Shown: piece after piece, positions 27,713 to 40,250 of the stretch
Layout: each line of letters opens with the position of its first letter
Position numbering within the stretch: position 1 is the first letter of the stretch
Source of the DNA: Harriotta raleighana
Lineage: Eukaryota
Assembly (NCBI GenBank): GCA_050575255.1
Contig: JBNZDD010013726.1
Location: forward strand, 10,950,999 to 11,014,998
DNA length: 64,000 nucleotides
Direction: 5' to 3'
Notes under the pieces: generated by a model
What the model saw: the letters and a program-made list of their open reading frames with translations, nothing else
Database searches by the model: none
Told to the model about the DNA's origin: nothing
Made by a program: the position numbers and the translations under genes

Positions 27713-28874
27713 TTAATGGAGAAATTTGAGCAAGTGAAATCAAATTACATTTCAAAGGAGAGGAGTAACTTGCACAGTTATAGCATTTCATCACCTTTAA
27801 ACATATCAAAGCACTTCCAAGGGTAATTTCAGTTGAGTGAAGTGACTATTTTTTGTAGGCCAGCATGTTAGCAACGTCCAACAAAGAATCATGAAGTGAA
27901 TGACCATTTAAATTAAAGGATTGTTGACCGGGTATAAGTAAGGGAATAACTCTCGCTCCGTTTTCTATACCGAGGAGAGAAATATTTTTGTGAAAAACAA
28001 CTTCTAAATCAGTCTGCAATTGAGATTCCTTCCAAACATGGAAATTGTTGCATGCCTGTTCAATAAGCATACAGTATTTTGCTTTTAAATCACCCAACGT
28101 ACAACAAAAAAAGGAATAAATCCCAACTCTGACTGCTCATAGAATTCACTTTCCTGAGGCTCGTAAATAGGAATTTGGTCCTCGAGGTCATGAGATCATG
28201 GATGAAGATTAAAAATTGAAGCAGAGAAAAGTTTCCCTGAGTACAGTGGATATATCTGGAACATTCTCCCAAATGAAAACTGTTTAATTCGAAGAGAGGT
28301 TTGGATCAAGAAGGGTGTTCAGCCCATTTGATCTCATGTTTCCTGAATACCCAGCCTACTGCCCTCCTATGACAGCATCTAGTTTTTTGTAATCATGTCC
28401 ATTCTCCCGGTCTCAACTCTTAATCTTTTTCATTTTGAAAGTGCTGCATAAGAATAAGAATAATAATCGGAATCACCACGATAATAATCCTTGAATTTGA
28501 TATCACATAAATGTCAGCCATTATTATTACATTAAGGGAGTTTTTCTCAGTGCCCAAGCCAACAATCCCTCAGTTGAAAATTGGCTATATTTTAAATAAT
28601 TGTGGTTTAAAGGGAATGTTGGACAGCAGAGTAAGTAATTCACTGTTCCACGAATCTACTGTCAAGGTTTTGAACTCTTATTTTAAAACAAATTGGGTAG
28701 GGTATTTTGCAATTGTTGGGAAAAAATATATGGAAACACTGGATATGGTATATATGTATCATTTTTAAAACTGCTATGGTGGCCTTTAGACAGATGGAGA
28801 TTTTGACGAATATCAGTACATTTAGAAGAATGACATGTTATTTCTAGAAAGCTGAAAGTATCTCTCAATATCGG

Positions 28875-29197
28875 CGATATGAGGAGAATTCAGTAGGATA
28901 TTTCACCCTTCAATAAGATCTCGGCTGATCCGTACCTCAAGTTCAATTACCTGCCCTTGCCCCATATCCCTTAATGCACAGACCTAACAAATATCTGTCC
29001 ACCTCGGTCTTGAAAATGTGAATGGATCCAGCATTCACATCGTTTTGGGGGAGATTTCCAGATTCTGGATCCAGATTTCCATGACTCTTTGGGTGAAAAA
29101 CTGCATCGTAATTTGACTCCTAAATGGCCTAGCTCTAATTTTAATGTTACGTCCCCTTGCTCTGGATTCCCCCACCATAGGCAACAATTTCTCCCTA
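28875..29197 (-). mobile_element. CR1 LINE 3' fragment
   Basis: Minus frame REKLLPMVGESRARG...FFTQRVMEIW, homologous to the 6231 copy, with frameshifts. Confidence 0.9.
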
Positions 29198-29970
29198 GCT
29201 GCCTTTTGTTTCCATGTGAGCTCACAGGATTGCGTTGGCATAGAAAGGTTCTTTATAAATCCTGCTGAATAAAATGTCATGTAGAAGTAATCTGGTGAAG
29301 AATGGGAGACACCACCAAAGATGCCAATGCAATGATCTGACCTTTACATGGAATTCACTCGATGAGATCAACTATGTCTTCAGTCTGTTAGATTGGCTAG
29401 AGTACACCTTTCCCTTTGTTGCTTTAATTAACGGATCTATGTAGTCGATGAAGCGTATTCTAATGCCAGCGCTAAACAAATGACTTAAATTCTTTTGCAT
29501 TTTCTTGCTTTTGTTTTGACTTCTGTAGATTCAAGTGTAAAATTAAAATATAACAGGACTTGGGAGTTGGAGTATTCTCCGTGCTATTAAGAAAGGGAAT
29601 ATAAAAGTGAATGACTGAATTGAATAAACACATAGCAGTTTCCGAGGCAAGTCCTCTCCTATAGCAAAGTAAATTCATAGCAAACGCAACGCTGCAACCG
29701 AGACTCTCAAAATAGATTGAACAGTGGGTCATTGTTAGCTTACCAAAATATCATGTAATCTCACGCTGAGATATGGTAAAGAAGGTAAGTCTGCAGTTAA
29801 TAGTATTTAGTGAAAAATACATAGCAAAGATGAGCTTTAATTTGGTTTGAACTTTTGTTTTTCTGAAGTAATTTTCCTCAGATACTGTCCCCATTTCAGG
29901 CTGAAAATAAACAGTAGACAAGAACTTCCCTCATTACAAAGGGGATGCCTATGGCCTTTTACCTTCTAAT

Positions 29971-30308
29971 AATAATAATAATAATAATAATCCTTGCATT
30001 TGATATAGCGCTTTTCACATCTTATCGACGTCCCAAAGCGCTTCACAGAATATACTGTAAAGTGAATTGACTGTATATTTGTGGGTGGAACGCGGCAGCC
30101 AATTGCGCACAGCAGTGTCCCACAAACAGTCATGGATTGAAATGACCAATTTTATTATTGTGGTTTTTTTGGAGGGATTATTATTAGGCATGTGGAGTAA
30201 GGAAACTTGCCCAGGGTTTCGCCCTGATCTGCCTGGATTCGAACACAAGTCTCATGCTTGTAAGGCATGTAAGGCGAGTGCTCTAACCACTGAGCCACAG
30301 GAGCTCCA
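29971..30308 (-). mobile_element. Full-length tRNA-derived Deu-domain SINE; probably polymorphic
   Basis: A-box TGGCTCAGTGG, B-box GTTCGAATCC, Deu core GCTGTGCGCAATTGGCTGCCGCGTT, clean (AAT)n tail. Confidence 0.93.
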
Positions 30309-30616
30309 GGGATAANTACCTATGGCCTTTTACCTTCTAATGGGATACGGTTCCACAGGCACGAGGCCATTCACTTGACAATTTTCCTAAGTTGGCTATT
30401 ATTCATGTGTGAACATTGATTGTCAGGTGATATTCAGAATATTGTTACAGGAGGAAATGCTTCCTCCAAATGGCAAGCTCCCGTTGTGTCTGCAGCGATC
30501 AATCCTTGTGTGATTTTGCAGCTTAATTTGCCGAATGGGATTCAACGTTATTGCTTGAAAGGCTGACAACTTGTGAGAAAAAGTGTAATTGACATCATAC
30601 AATATTTTCTTTTAAG

Positions 30617-30693
30617 GGTCACTGCTACTACCATGGCCATGTGCAGGGATATCCTCAATCCACTGTCAGTCTCAGCACTTGTTCAGGTCTCAG
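30617..30693 (+). CDS. ADAM12: ADAM12 exon ~5, prodomain (GHCYYHGHVQGYPQSTVSLSTCSGLR)
   Basis: tttaag acceptor and gtatga donor; 77 nt; HCYYHG and SLSTCSGLR ADAM prodomain signature. Confidence 0.97.
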
Positions 30694-32033
30694 GTATGAG
30701 TTACGCACTCTTGCTTTGCAGTGTATCATTTGGGCTGTGATTTGCATCTACACGGAGCAAAGGAACATAAGAACACGATGAATCTGCCTATTTTTTTGCG
30801 AAAGAGTCTGTTCACGATCGAACCATTCTTTCCGTCAACGGAATGGATGTTTTGAATCAGATTTGTTTCGTTGTGATATATTGGTCAATTTTGGGCACCT
30901 CATTCTTCCTACAATCCAAAAAGGCTTTGAAAACCCAAACTTAACACATCACTTAACACATTGCTTCTTAACTAACCTTTACCTTTTCTGGACTAGCCAC
31001 CTTCACCTTGATTTCTCTTTGAAACGAAACGTGAATGATGACCACAGCACAGTGTCATAAACTGGCTTCTCAAATCTCGCAATATTTGCGGGATTCTATG
31101 CAACAATACTGCCATTCGGACTAAAAGCTTAACGTTGCATCAGAACCAATAATTTAATTTTAATAAAAAGGAACTCTGAGCTAAAACATATTTCATTTTC
31201 TCTAGCCCTTTGAATTGAACTGGTTGCTGGTCTTTATTGATAACTGTGTAGGGGAAGCAAGGGAGTTGATTGCATTTTACCAAAGTGTACAAAAGCTCAC
31301 TGAAAAAAGACAACAGAACAAAAAATGCTATAACAATATTTAAACTTTTTAAAAATCGCATCTTTTGCTCCTGAGTTAACAAATCAATCACATCTGTAAA
31401 AATTCGACTGCAGTGGAATGATTAGAAAACAGTATCTGAAGAAGTCATTCGTATTTAAAAGTAATACTGTATACTGGTGATCAAGCTTCACTTCCCTCTC
31501 AAAGATGTCAGTCACAGGCAATCTCATTCATATTGTCAATTTCTTTCACACGAACCACATTTCTTTGCTCATTTTACTTCCACCTCAACTGCCTTTAAGT
31601 TTAATGAATTGAACGCTCTGTAGTTCAACAAGTTTGGGAAGCAGCACGTTCCATGAGTTTTGTGCACAACCTTGAAAATGTTGAATGATTGAATGAATGT
31701 ATGAATGATTAAATTGACTGTGGCAAAGGTTTACTACTTGCTTTATTTTTATTCTCAAAGCATAATAATTATGTTAGGCGCACAACATTCCTGACAAGCT
31801 GGTGGCATATTGATAATTGGAGCCTGATTTTAATTGTGGATGACCTTAAGATATACAGTAATCCCCAGGTAGAATTAAAGGAAATGCAAACTCTTCCTGA
31901 AATTGATGCAGGACCAATTCGACCATGTTATATGTTATCAGTGATAGCAATATGTAACTGACTTCATAAAACTGCTCCCTCCCATTGAAAATACTTACCA
32001 TTTCATTGCGACATAAATTTCGGAGTATGTGCC

Positions 32034-32636
32034 AATAACATTTCCAATAACACTCCCCACATTAACACTGCCTGGTTTGTATTGCATTGCAGTCCAATAA
32101 CACGAGCTTCAAACACAGCACTAACACTATATTGTGTTGCGCTGTCTTGAGCAACACTGATTTTATTAACACTCATTGTATTTCACCGTCAGTAATATAG
32201 AAAACTATTTATATCACCGGCTGCAGTAATGCGCCCCACACTGTGTTAAACTTCCTACTATTACAGATGTAGATTCCTACCATTATAGATATTGGGATTT
32301 TTTGGCAGAACAGTATACTGTGTTTAGGGCTATCTATACTGTTGCAGTATAGTTTGCTCATAATTTATCGCTCTGCCAAATCAAACTGATATTTATAATA
32401 ATACTGTTCACATTAACACTCCCTGTATAGCAATACACTGCCAACACTATACCTATATCCAGTCAACTGTATAGCCCTCACTCCCTACACCAACATTGGC
32501 TGCATTAGCACTGGTTTACATAAGAATGCTTAGAATGTTACTCTGCCAAGACTAACACTATTCACATTAACATGTGCTATTTTAACACTATACGCATTGT
32601 GTTACTGAATGTACTACATGACCAGCAGTAACACAA
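32034..32636. repeat. Degenerate low-complexity tract rich in (T)AACACT
   Basis: Many taacact/aacact/acact words at irregular spacing. Confidence 0.65.
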
Positions 32637-33922
32637 TTTAAACAACATTTACATTGGATTATATGCATATTTAAAAGCCCCAAATGATATTAACTTCAAA
32701 CAGTATATATTTTAATTTTGTTGTTTGTTTGTTTGTTTGTTGTTTCTCCATGCAATCTTCTGTCTAAAAGAGATTTGTGCAAACATTATCTTTTAATAGT
32801 CAGTTCTTGTTTTATGAGAGGTTGAACCATTAAATTAACGGAATGAATTAATCTATTAACAGATTAATTCAAGTTGTTTGCTGTTAAGCATCATGTCAGC
32901 ATTATAGATTTTTAATTAATTGTGATACTACCAAGGTCACTGTATAATTAAAACCTCGCACAATATCATTGCATTGCGGAGATGGGAGCAAAATATTGTT
33001 ATTGAAATCATTTGGTGGCTGATCTGAAAATATGTGTCCTGTTATTCTTCATTGTATCTTGTTTGCTCATTAATTTATCCTGCATTTCAAAACATTCATT
33101 TGACAAATCTTAAAGTTTAACGTATAGATTTTTGACAATGAGAAGCATTGGTTCAATCCATACTATTCATATATTCTTAAGACAAATATGCTTAGTACAA
33201 TTTGAAAACTGGAAATATAGATTTGCACCTGCGAAATTTGCAGAAATATGTGGATTTTTCACTATATGTTTAGCCAGTACAGTCACAACAGTCATCAGCA
33301 ATCTTATCTGTTAGATCTCATTTTGCTATCATAACCTCTTTCAACAACAGCAACTACAAAATCTTTTGATGTGAAATAGCCCAAACAAACAGCTCTCAGT
33401 AACTTTGGCAGCGCTTTGGATTTTTCTGTGGACTTTTCTTTATTTGTGGCTTGAACAGTGAGTGTCCATAATTGCCAGCGTTCTGTCAGATCTCATCTTG
33501 AGTCAATATGAGATCTGCTGCCTTGTCATTGACAAGATTGGGGAGTGGAAAAGGCGAACGGACACATCCTAACCAGCAAAACAATGGCTGGATAGCTTGT
33601 TGGTGACGCTGGACAATCATGAAACACAACAACCACAAATTGCATTTATATCGCATTGGACATCCAGAAGGACTGTACCTAAGAAAGTGTACACTGAGGA
33701 AAGACATTGTTCATCACAATGTCATCCTTCACCCTCACTTAGCCAGGTCGCAACACAGTTCACATAACATGTACCCAATATATCCAGCTTCTCCATTCAC
33801 TCGAAGTATATTTGTCTCGAGAGGAGGAGTGGCAGATGAAACTTCCACACAGAGATTCCCATGAATCCCCAAAGACAATCAACTAAAATAAAAAATCAAT
33901 ATTCTTTCATCCCTACATCTCC

Positions 33923-34252
33923 AATAGTAATAATAATAATCCTTGCATTTGACATAGCGCTTTTCACGTCTTCTGGGCGTCCCAAAGCGCTTCACAGAAT
34001 ATACTGTAAAGTGAACTGACTGTATATTTGTGGGCGAAAGCGGCAGCCAATTGCGCACAGCAGCGTCCCCCCCACAAACAATGATCATTGACAATGATCA
34101 ATTTATTATAGGTTTTTTCTGGGGATGGATTATTGTTAGGCCTGTGGAGCAAGGAAACTTGCCCGAGGTTTCGCCCTGACCTGTCTGGATTCGAAACACA
34201 GGTCTCATGCTTGTAAGGGGAGTGCTCTAACCACTGAGCTACAGGATCCTCC
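33923..34252 (-). mobile_element. Full-length tRNA-derived Deu-domain SINE
   Basis: Minus strand GGAGGATCCTGTAGCTCAGTGGTTAGAGCAC...GTTTCGAATCC, Deu core, L2-like tail. Confidence 0.93.
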
Positions 34253-35164
34253 ACAGCATCTATCGCCCTATATATTTTGTTTACATTATATAAATGTAAG
34301 TTGTTCTTGTTTAATTTGTACTATTTCAATATCTCATTTTAGAAATTATACAGTAATGTTAAACTTTGAAGTGAGAGGGGGAAAAAATCATTAGATTCCT
34401 GCTGACTAAATCAGGAACCACTAAGGGGGCCAGGATGGACTATCTTAGAGCTATGCAGTTTGAGAAATCAAAGGAACGTTTCATAGTCCAAGTGCCCTGT
34501 GAAACTCGAACCAATGTTAATTTGTGGCGAGTGTAGAAAAGTACTGATTTAAGGAGTACAAGCAGACAGTTTATATTGGCACTTTATTCGCAAGTAAGCA
34601 TGGTCCATTAGATCAAATCAAATCAGGGTCTCTCGCAGTTGAAAAATACAAAGGCCCCTTTATGCTTGTATGGTTTCCTGAAATTTGTTGATTTATTGAA
34701 TATAATTGGGTTCTCAATAAGGATAATCCACTAAGGGACTAGAAAGTGCTGCAGCAAACATTTTAGTCACTTCTTAACAAATACTAACCACTGAGAACAT
34801 TTATTTTCAGCCATAGTAAATGATGAGGTAGCAAAAAATCATTTGAAGTCCTGCAGAGACTTTTTGTATGCCTGCCAAAAAGCGAAGTCAAAAATGTTAT
34901 CTATCCACAATCTGAACGCTATCCAAATGTTTACCAAACTCTTTTGAAAAATGGATGTTAATTAGTTGGCAGTTTGCGTTTACACACTGAGTTTCTGCGT
35001 ATTTCCCCAAAGATATCCGTATAAAAGTGTTACATTCCTCAAGATCATTACGTGATTGAGGAATGGTATTGTCATTTTGAGTCAATCAAATTAAAATTTC
35101 AAGATTCGATTGCATGAGAACAAAGCTAGTGTAACAGGTAGAAATAAACGGGAGCGTTTCCACC

Positions 35165-35400
35165 GGAGTAAAATTCTACCTGGATCTAGATTTATTCTAT
35201 TAATGTAGCATTTCATCACAATCGAGGATTTAGCAAGTTGTTGAATTCATTATCAAGTTTAAAGCTGTTTATTTGTAGTTCTTAAAAGAGGTGATAGACA
35301 ACCTACATCAAAATTCAGGTTGTGTTTAAGAATTTATCAAATGAAATGCTCCGTTAATAAGAGTAAATCCAGGTGGAGTAAAGCAGGTGGATTTCTACCC
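35165..35400. mobile_element. Palindromic MITE-like element; relatives at ~58690-58915 and ~20660-20780 (inverted)
   Basis: Arms acctggat..ttattctattaatgtagcatttca and tgaaatgctccgttaataagagtaaatccaggt; shares atttagcaagttgttgaattca and tgtttaagaattt with the 58690 copy. Confidence 0.65.
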
Positions 35401-35961
35401 CTTTTTTGTAAGTTAGATTCTCCTCTTTTGCTAACCTTAGGTTTAATGGCTACTGCACTAGATGTTGCTCAACCAGTCAACAACAACAACAACTTTTATT
35501 TATATAGCGCCCTCCACGCCGGACAGCGTCTCAGAGAGCTTTTGTCCTCAGTTTGTTTCACTCCCATTGACCAGTGAACTTGCTGTAGGGAGAATAACAA
35601 TTGGATTTTTAACTCTAGTGAGATGCCACATTAGGCTAACTTCATTCAATACGTACACTGTTTTGTCAGTAGTCCTTCTAAACTAAACTTCTAAAACTTT
35701 CTAAACTATGATACTGTATTTACAAACTGGATATGAATCACTGGTTGTGAATGTCAGTTTGAGACACGTTGCAAAAATTCCAAATGAAGCCATGAGAGAA
35801 ATAAAATCTAATCCCCATTACAACAGAAACAACAACAACCTTTGTGTGGTGCCTTTCACGTCGGGAGGACGCTGGAATAGATCACCAAAGTAATCAGTTC
35901 TATTATTGCAGCTCAGTTGACATTGCCTTCTGATCACATAGTATCTATTTTCTTTGAATAG

Positions 35962-36148
35962 GGGATTTGTTTCACTTGAAAATAAAACATATATATTGGA
36001 GCCTATTGAAGGTGCTATAGACAACACACACTTGATCTACAGAGCAGAGAATCTTCAGATCACTGGAGGAACCTGTGGACATAGCTTCAGGATGTCAGGC
36101 AATGCAATGGAGAGCATTGTTGAATCCTTTCAAAACTCTTCTACAAGG
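35962..36148 (+). CDS. ADAM12: ADAM12 exon ~6, prodomain with cysteine-switch-like GGTCGH (GFVSLENKTYILEP...SSTR)
   Basis: gaatag acceptor and gtaggt donor; 187 nt; overlaps ORF 35954..36157. Confidence 0.95.
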
Positions 36149-37235
36149 GTAGGTTAAACTATTTATTCAAGGGAATAAAATACGACTTACAATGTGTGGT
36201 CAAGTAGCAATGATGTTTTAAGAAGCTTTCCATAAAGAACTTCCTAATGTAATTATATCACAATAAGTCACCTCTGTGACACATTTCCAGCAGATTTAAT
36301 TTATATGGCTGTTTATCCTGGCAATTTGCCGGAGCAATGGTACATCTTACTTTATGGGAAACTTAGCATAGTGGGGTGGAGTTGGAAACCTTTCTTCAAT
36401 AGTCAGCAATTTTTTTTTCAAAGGGAGAGAATTTTTTTTTTTCCAAAAAAAAATACACACAACCAATCTGGTAACTCTTCTTCCAGTTAATTAAACCCAG
36501 GCGATCACAGCAATGTGGGATTGGGCCCAGGTTTGCTGAACTTGGGGTCAGAAGACAGCAGCATTTACTTTTTAAGATAAGGAGAACATTGTGTGCCTGG
36601 CAATGTTGCTCGATGTCATGGGTTCATTGTTCTGCCTGAGAGGGAGTATGTTTAGATCTGCTATTTCCCACCTGCACCCCATTAATCTTGTCTCTGTGGC
36701 CTTCAGGGGGAGGGAGTGTAGAGACTGACCCATGCTCTAACGAAAATATGCACACGTAGGAATTCAGAATCGTCACGAAATACAACACGACCAAAGAACA
36801 CAGCAACAACAACTAGTGTCTTTCAGTGCCCATTACATGGGTAATATAAGAATATTGTGAGTTTAACACGGAAGAAGGTCATTCTCCCCATCGAGTCTGT
36901 ACCATAAGCATAACTCTGACATACAATCAAGTGTATTGCCATGTTCTCACAGTATGAAGGTTGGATTTCACCCAGGATTGGCACACACAAACATACCTCT
37001 TTTCAAATTAATTTGCTCATTCTCAGCCAAATCGAGATTATTCCAAGTTCATCAGCCAGAAGTGTGGAAGACATTAGTGCTTCATCCTGACATCACATCA
37101 CTTTTGAGTATTTTGATGTCATCCAACTGACTTGCTTTCATTTATTATGCTCTTTCTTATTTTCAAAAAAATAGATCAATCGATTTTCAGAAGGATTTTA
37201 GAAATCAACTCATGATCTGTACCTTGATATTGCAG

Positions 37236-37301
37236 CACAAAAGAGACATACCGAAGACCACAAAGTACGTGGAACTAATTATAGTAGCAGACAATCGAGA
37301 G
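37236..37301 (+). CDS. ADAM12: ADAM12 exon ~7, furin site and start of protease domain (HKRDIPKTTKYVELIIVADNRE)
   Basis: ttgcag acceptor and gtagga donor; 66 nt; R|HKR formed across the junction; KYVELxIVAD reprolysin motif. Confidence 0.97.
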
Positions 37302-38144
37302 GTAGGACTGCTAAATACTGTACTTATATCAAACCTTGCTTCCTCTTGGGGATTAGCTGTATTTCTGTTTATTTGTTCTGCTCACAATGCAGGTGCATCC
37401 TGAATCCTGTACAACTACTTCAGCAAAATTAAATTGATCTCAGAAACCACATTGCCTTCAGCATTCACTTGTTGGCGAATTAAGCAACCATTTTCATAGG
37501 TATATTTTGAAGGATGCTTCCATTTGTTTACCACTTGCACAGGTTTCTCTCTGCATTCCACAGTGATTTGTTGTTGCATTTTTTTTTATTTGTTTGATAG
37601 TTAGAACCCAGATGTGACCAGGGAGCATTTATCGACATTTTATTGCATAATAGTTTCCCCCCCAAAATGCCATTGTCACTGTTCTTTGTCTACAAACTGG
37701 AATATAATAGAAAACGTGTGGCTTGTAGTCTGGCTTTAACAGGAATTCTTGTACTTTTGGACTTATTGAGTAACATTAACCAATAACAGACTGCATAACT
37801 TTCTTCTGTACCCATTCTATTGTTTATTGACTGTAGCATAATGCTCCTGGTGCATTTCGCCTGCTTTAGCTAAAGACGTAGATGTTGCACTCGGCATTTC
37901 ATTTCACGCCCTTCCTCCGACTTCAAAGAGGGAAATAACACCTCAAATTTATCTCCTAAAATGTGTGAAGTGAGGTTAAAAAAAACATTCATCGGGAAAA
38001 CAACAGCGTAATTTGGATCTCACTTTGGTAAACAGCACTTCAGAGCATAAAGTGTGCTTCCTGATTGGAACCCTTGTACAGTACATCACAGCCATTCACG
38101 AGAACTCAGTACAGAGGAGATGTTCAGCTTTAGGACCCATATCT

Positions 38145-38198
38145 CACACACAAGCACACACACATACACACAGTACATATACACACACACATACACAC
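38145..38198. repeat. Imperfect (CA)n microsatellite
   Basis: cacacacaagcacacacacatacacacagtacatatacacacacacatacacac. Confidence 0.85.
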
Positions 38199-38629
38199 AT
38201 CCTACTCATTCATCTTTGTTGCACCTTTTATGTGGTCTATTCTAAATGTGCACAACTGTCTCTCCAATTTGATGCAAATTGCATTTCCCTGCAGAAAACT
38301 ATGAACCAAATAAATGAAACACACCTGAATCATATGCATTTTGTAAAGCTCAATAGAAACTTAAAATAAGAGACAAGTCTGCTCTTTCTCCCCTTCCCCG
38401 CCATATAAACACACTCTTACTGGCAAAGTACTTGTTGGGAGTCAGAGTAACCTAGGCCTATTGGATACATGGTCTGTTTGAGGTCACTTCATCTTTTACA
38501 TAGGTCTTTAAAGTCAGAGCAGTTTATACTGTAGTATGTTTCTTAAAAGCCAATTCAATGTGATTTCTCCAACTTGGTTTTTTTTAATGAAAAAACAACT
38601 AAGAACTTCATTGTTTGCCTCTATTTAAG

Positions 38630-38701
38630 TTTCAGAAGCAAGGGAAGGATTTGGAAAAGACTAAACAGAGACTGATAGAGATTGGGAATTTTGTGGATAA
38701 G
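38630..38701 (+). CDS. ADAM12: ADAM12 exon ~8 (FQKQGKDLEKTKQRLIEIGNFVDK)
   Basis: tttaag acceptor and gtaagc donor; 72 nt; near-identical to ADAM12 FQRQGKDLEKVKQRLIEIANHVDK. Confidence 0.95.
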
Positions 38702-39538
38702 GTAAGCATACAGCTAAATATTTTTATGCAGAAGTTGTTTTTTTCTCTCAGAATCAAGGTGAACATTGCTGGCAATAAATGATACCAATGTACAGTGGTT
38801 CGCAAACCAATGCCTTACTTATTTGTATCTCCCTGCATTGGATTTCACCATTATAGGGCTGAGTCAATACATCTTTATCAGAATATATCTCCCTGGAGGG
38901 TACAGCACTCTTTCAAAATCCTCTTGTCAGCAATCATGGCCAATCAAAGATTGTCAATAATGGTTGGTTTAGCCACTGAAGAGATAGACTGTATGTCAAC
39001 CATTTGTCAATGCTGCTCTCTGGTTTCTTACACTTTCCAGTCTTTACCTCTTGCCTCTTGTTTCTGTTATTTATGTTCTCACTGTGATTGATGAGGCGCG
39101 TGTCAGCAGAAACCCTGTTAGACTTCCGTCGGTGAGGTTTGAGACGTCTCTTCTCCCCACAGAGCATTTTACCTCATTCCTTCAGACACCAAATCTGAGC
39201 TGTTGAGGTTGGAGTGCTCACAGGGAGGGTTGCAATACCAACATGACACAGAGCATGGGAATTCTGATAGATTGTTTTAGTTTTGGTGCACAAAATGCCA
39301 CCCAGGAGCTCTTAAGAATTTTTGAACTTCCTGATTCTTGTCTGGCTTTGAATTGATTTTATTTTTGACATTTGAATGTAAAAGCGCAGTTTGTATGTTA
39401 TGACAAGTTACAAGGTTTTTTTTTCTTCTAATGGGAATTGGAGTTTTAACGGCTTCCAAGGTTACAAATGGAAGCAAACTCTTCTTAGCTAAATTGCAGT
39501 CTTCGCAATCCTTTTGTTACAGTCATTCTTTTTTGTAG

Positions 39539-39708
39539 TTCTACAGACCTTTGAACATACGTGTTGCTCTTGTCGGAGTGGAAGTCTGGACTGACATGGA
39601 CAAATGTTCAATAACAGGGGATCCCTTCACTACACTGAATGAGTTTCTTGACTGGAGGAAATTGAAGCTGCTGTCACGTAAACCACATGACAATGCTCAG
39701 CTAGTGAG
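39539..39708 (+). CDS. ADAM12: ADAM12 exon ~9 (FYRPLNIRVALVGVEVWTDMDKC...HDNAQLVS)
   Basis: ttgtag acceptor and gtaggt donor; 170 nt; LVGVEVW and HDNAQL reprolysin motifs. Confidence 0.97.
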
Positions 39709-40250
39709 GTAGGTAAGGATTATTTATTCTGCACTGCTTGCAGAATCAAGATCAAGTCTAAAGTTACAACAAGTATAATTAACTTCTCTTACGAAAGTTA
39801 GACTGCTATCTTGGCCACAGGGGCTGTTAGTGATTGGATCTCAAGAGGATTTTGTTAATCCTTTCAACGCACATGTCAAAATTCAAACAAAATTTTCCAA
39901 ATTATTATTTTTATCATAAAAATAACTGAAAGTTCATCTCAGCCTTTTATCTCGGGTCTTTTCAACCTTGAAGCAGTCCTAACTCTGCTTTCCCGCCTCC
40001 CCATTTCCACCCCAAACTCTACACAGTATTCTATTGTGTACAACATGAGAGAATTAATAATAATACTCAGTGACTTGGATCACGATAATGTTCTGTAACG
40101 ATGATAAAACCCAATTACACATTTGCATAATGGGGCAAGGTTGTCGCTGTAAGGATTAGAAGCATCAAAATTAAATTTGGAGGCAACTGAGGAACAGGCG
40201 GAGCAGAAGGGAAAGCTAAGACTGTGAGTATATGCAAGATATGCAATCTT

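Noticed and set aside
34175-34252. tRNA-like sequences (also ~4745-4814, 15250-15319, 30230-30308)
   Set aside because: They are SINE heads continuing into a Deu core and LINE tail, and lack a proper acceptor stem.
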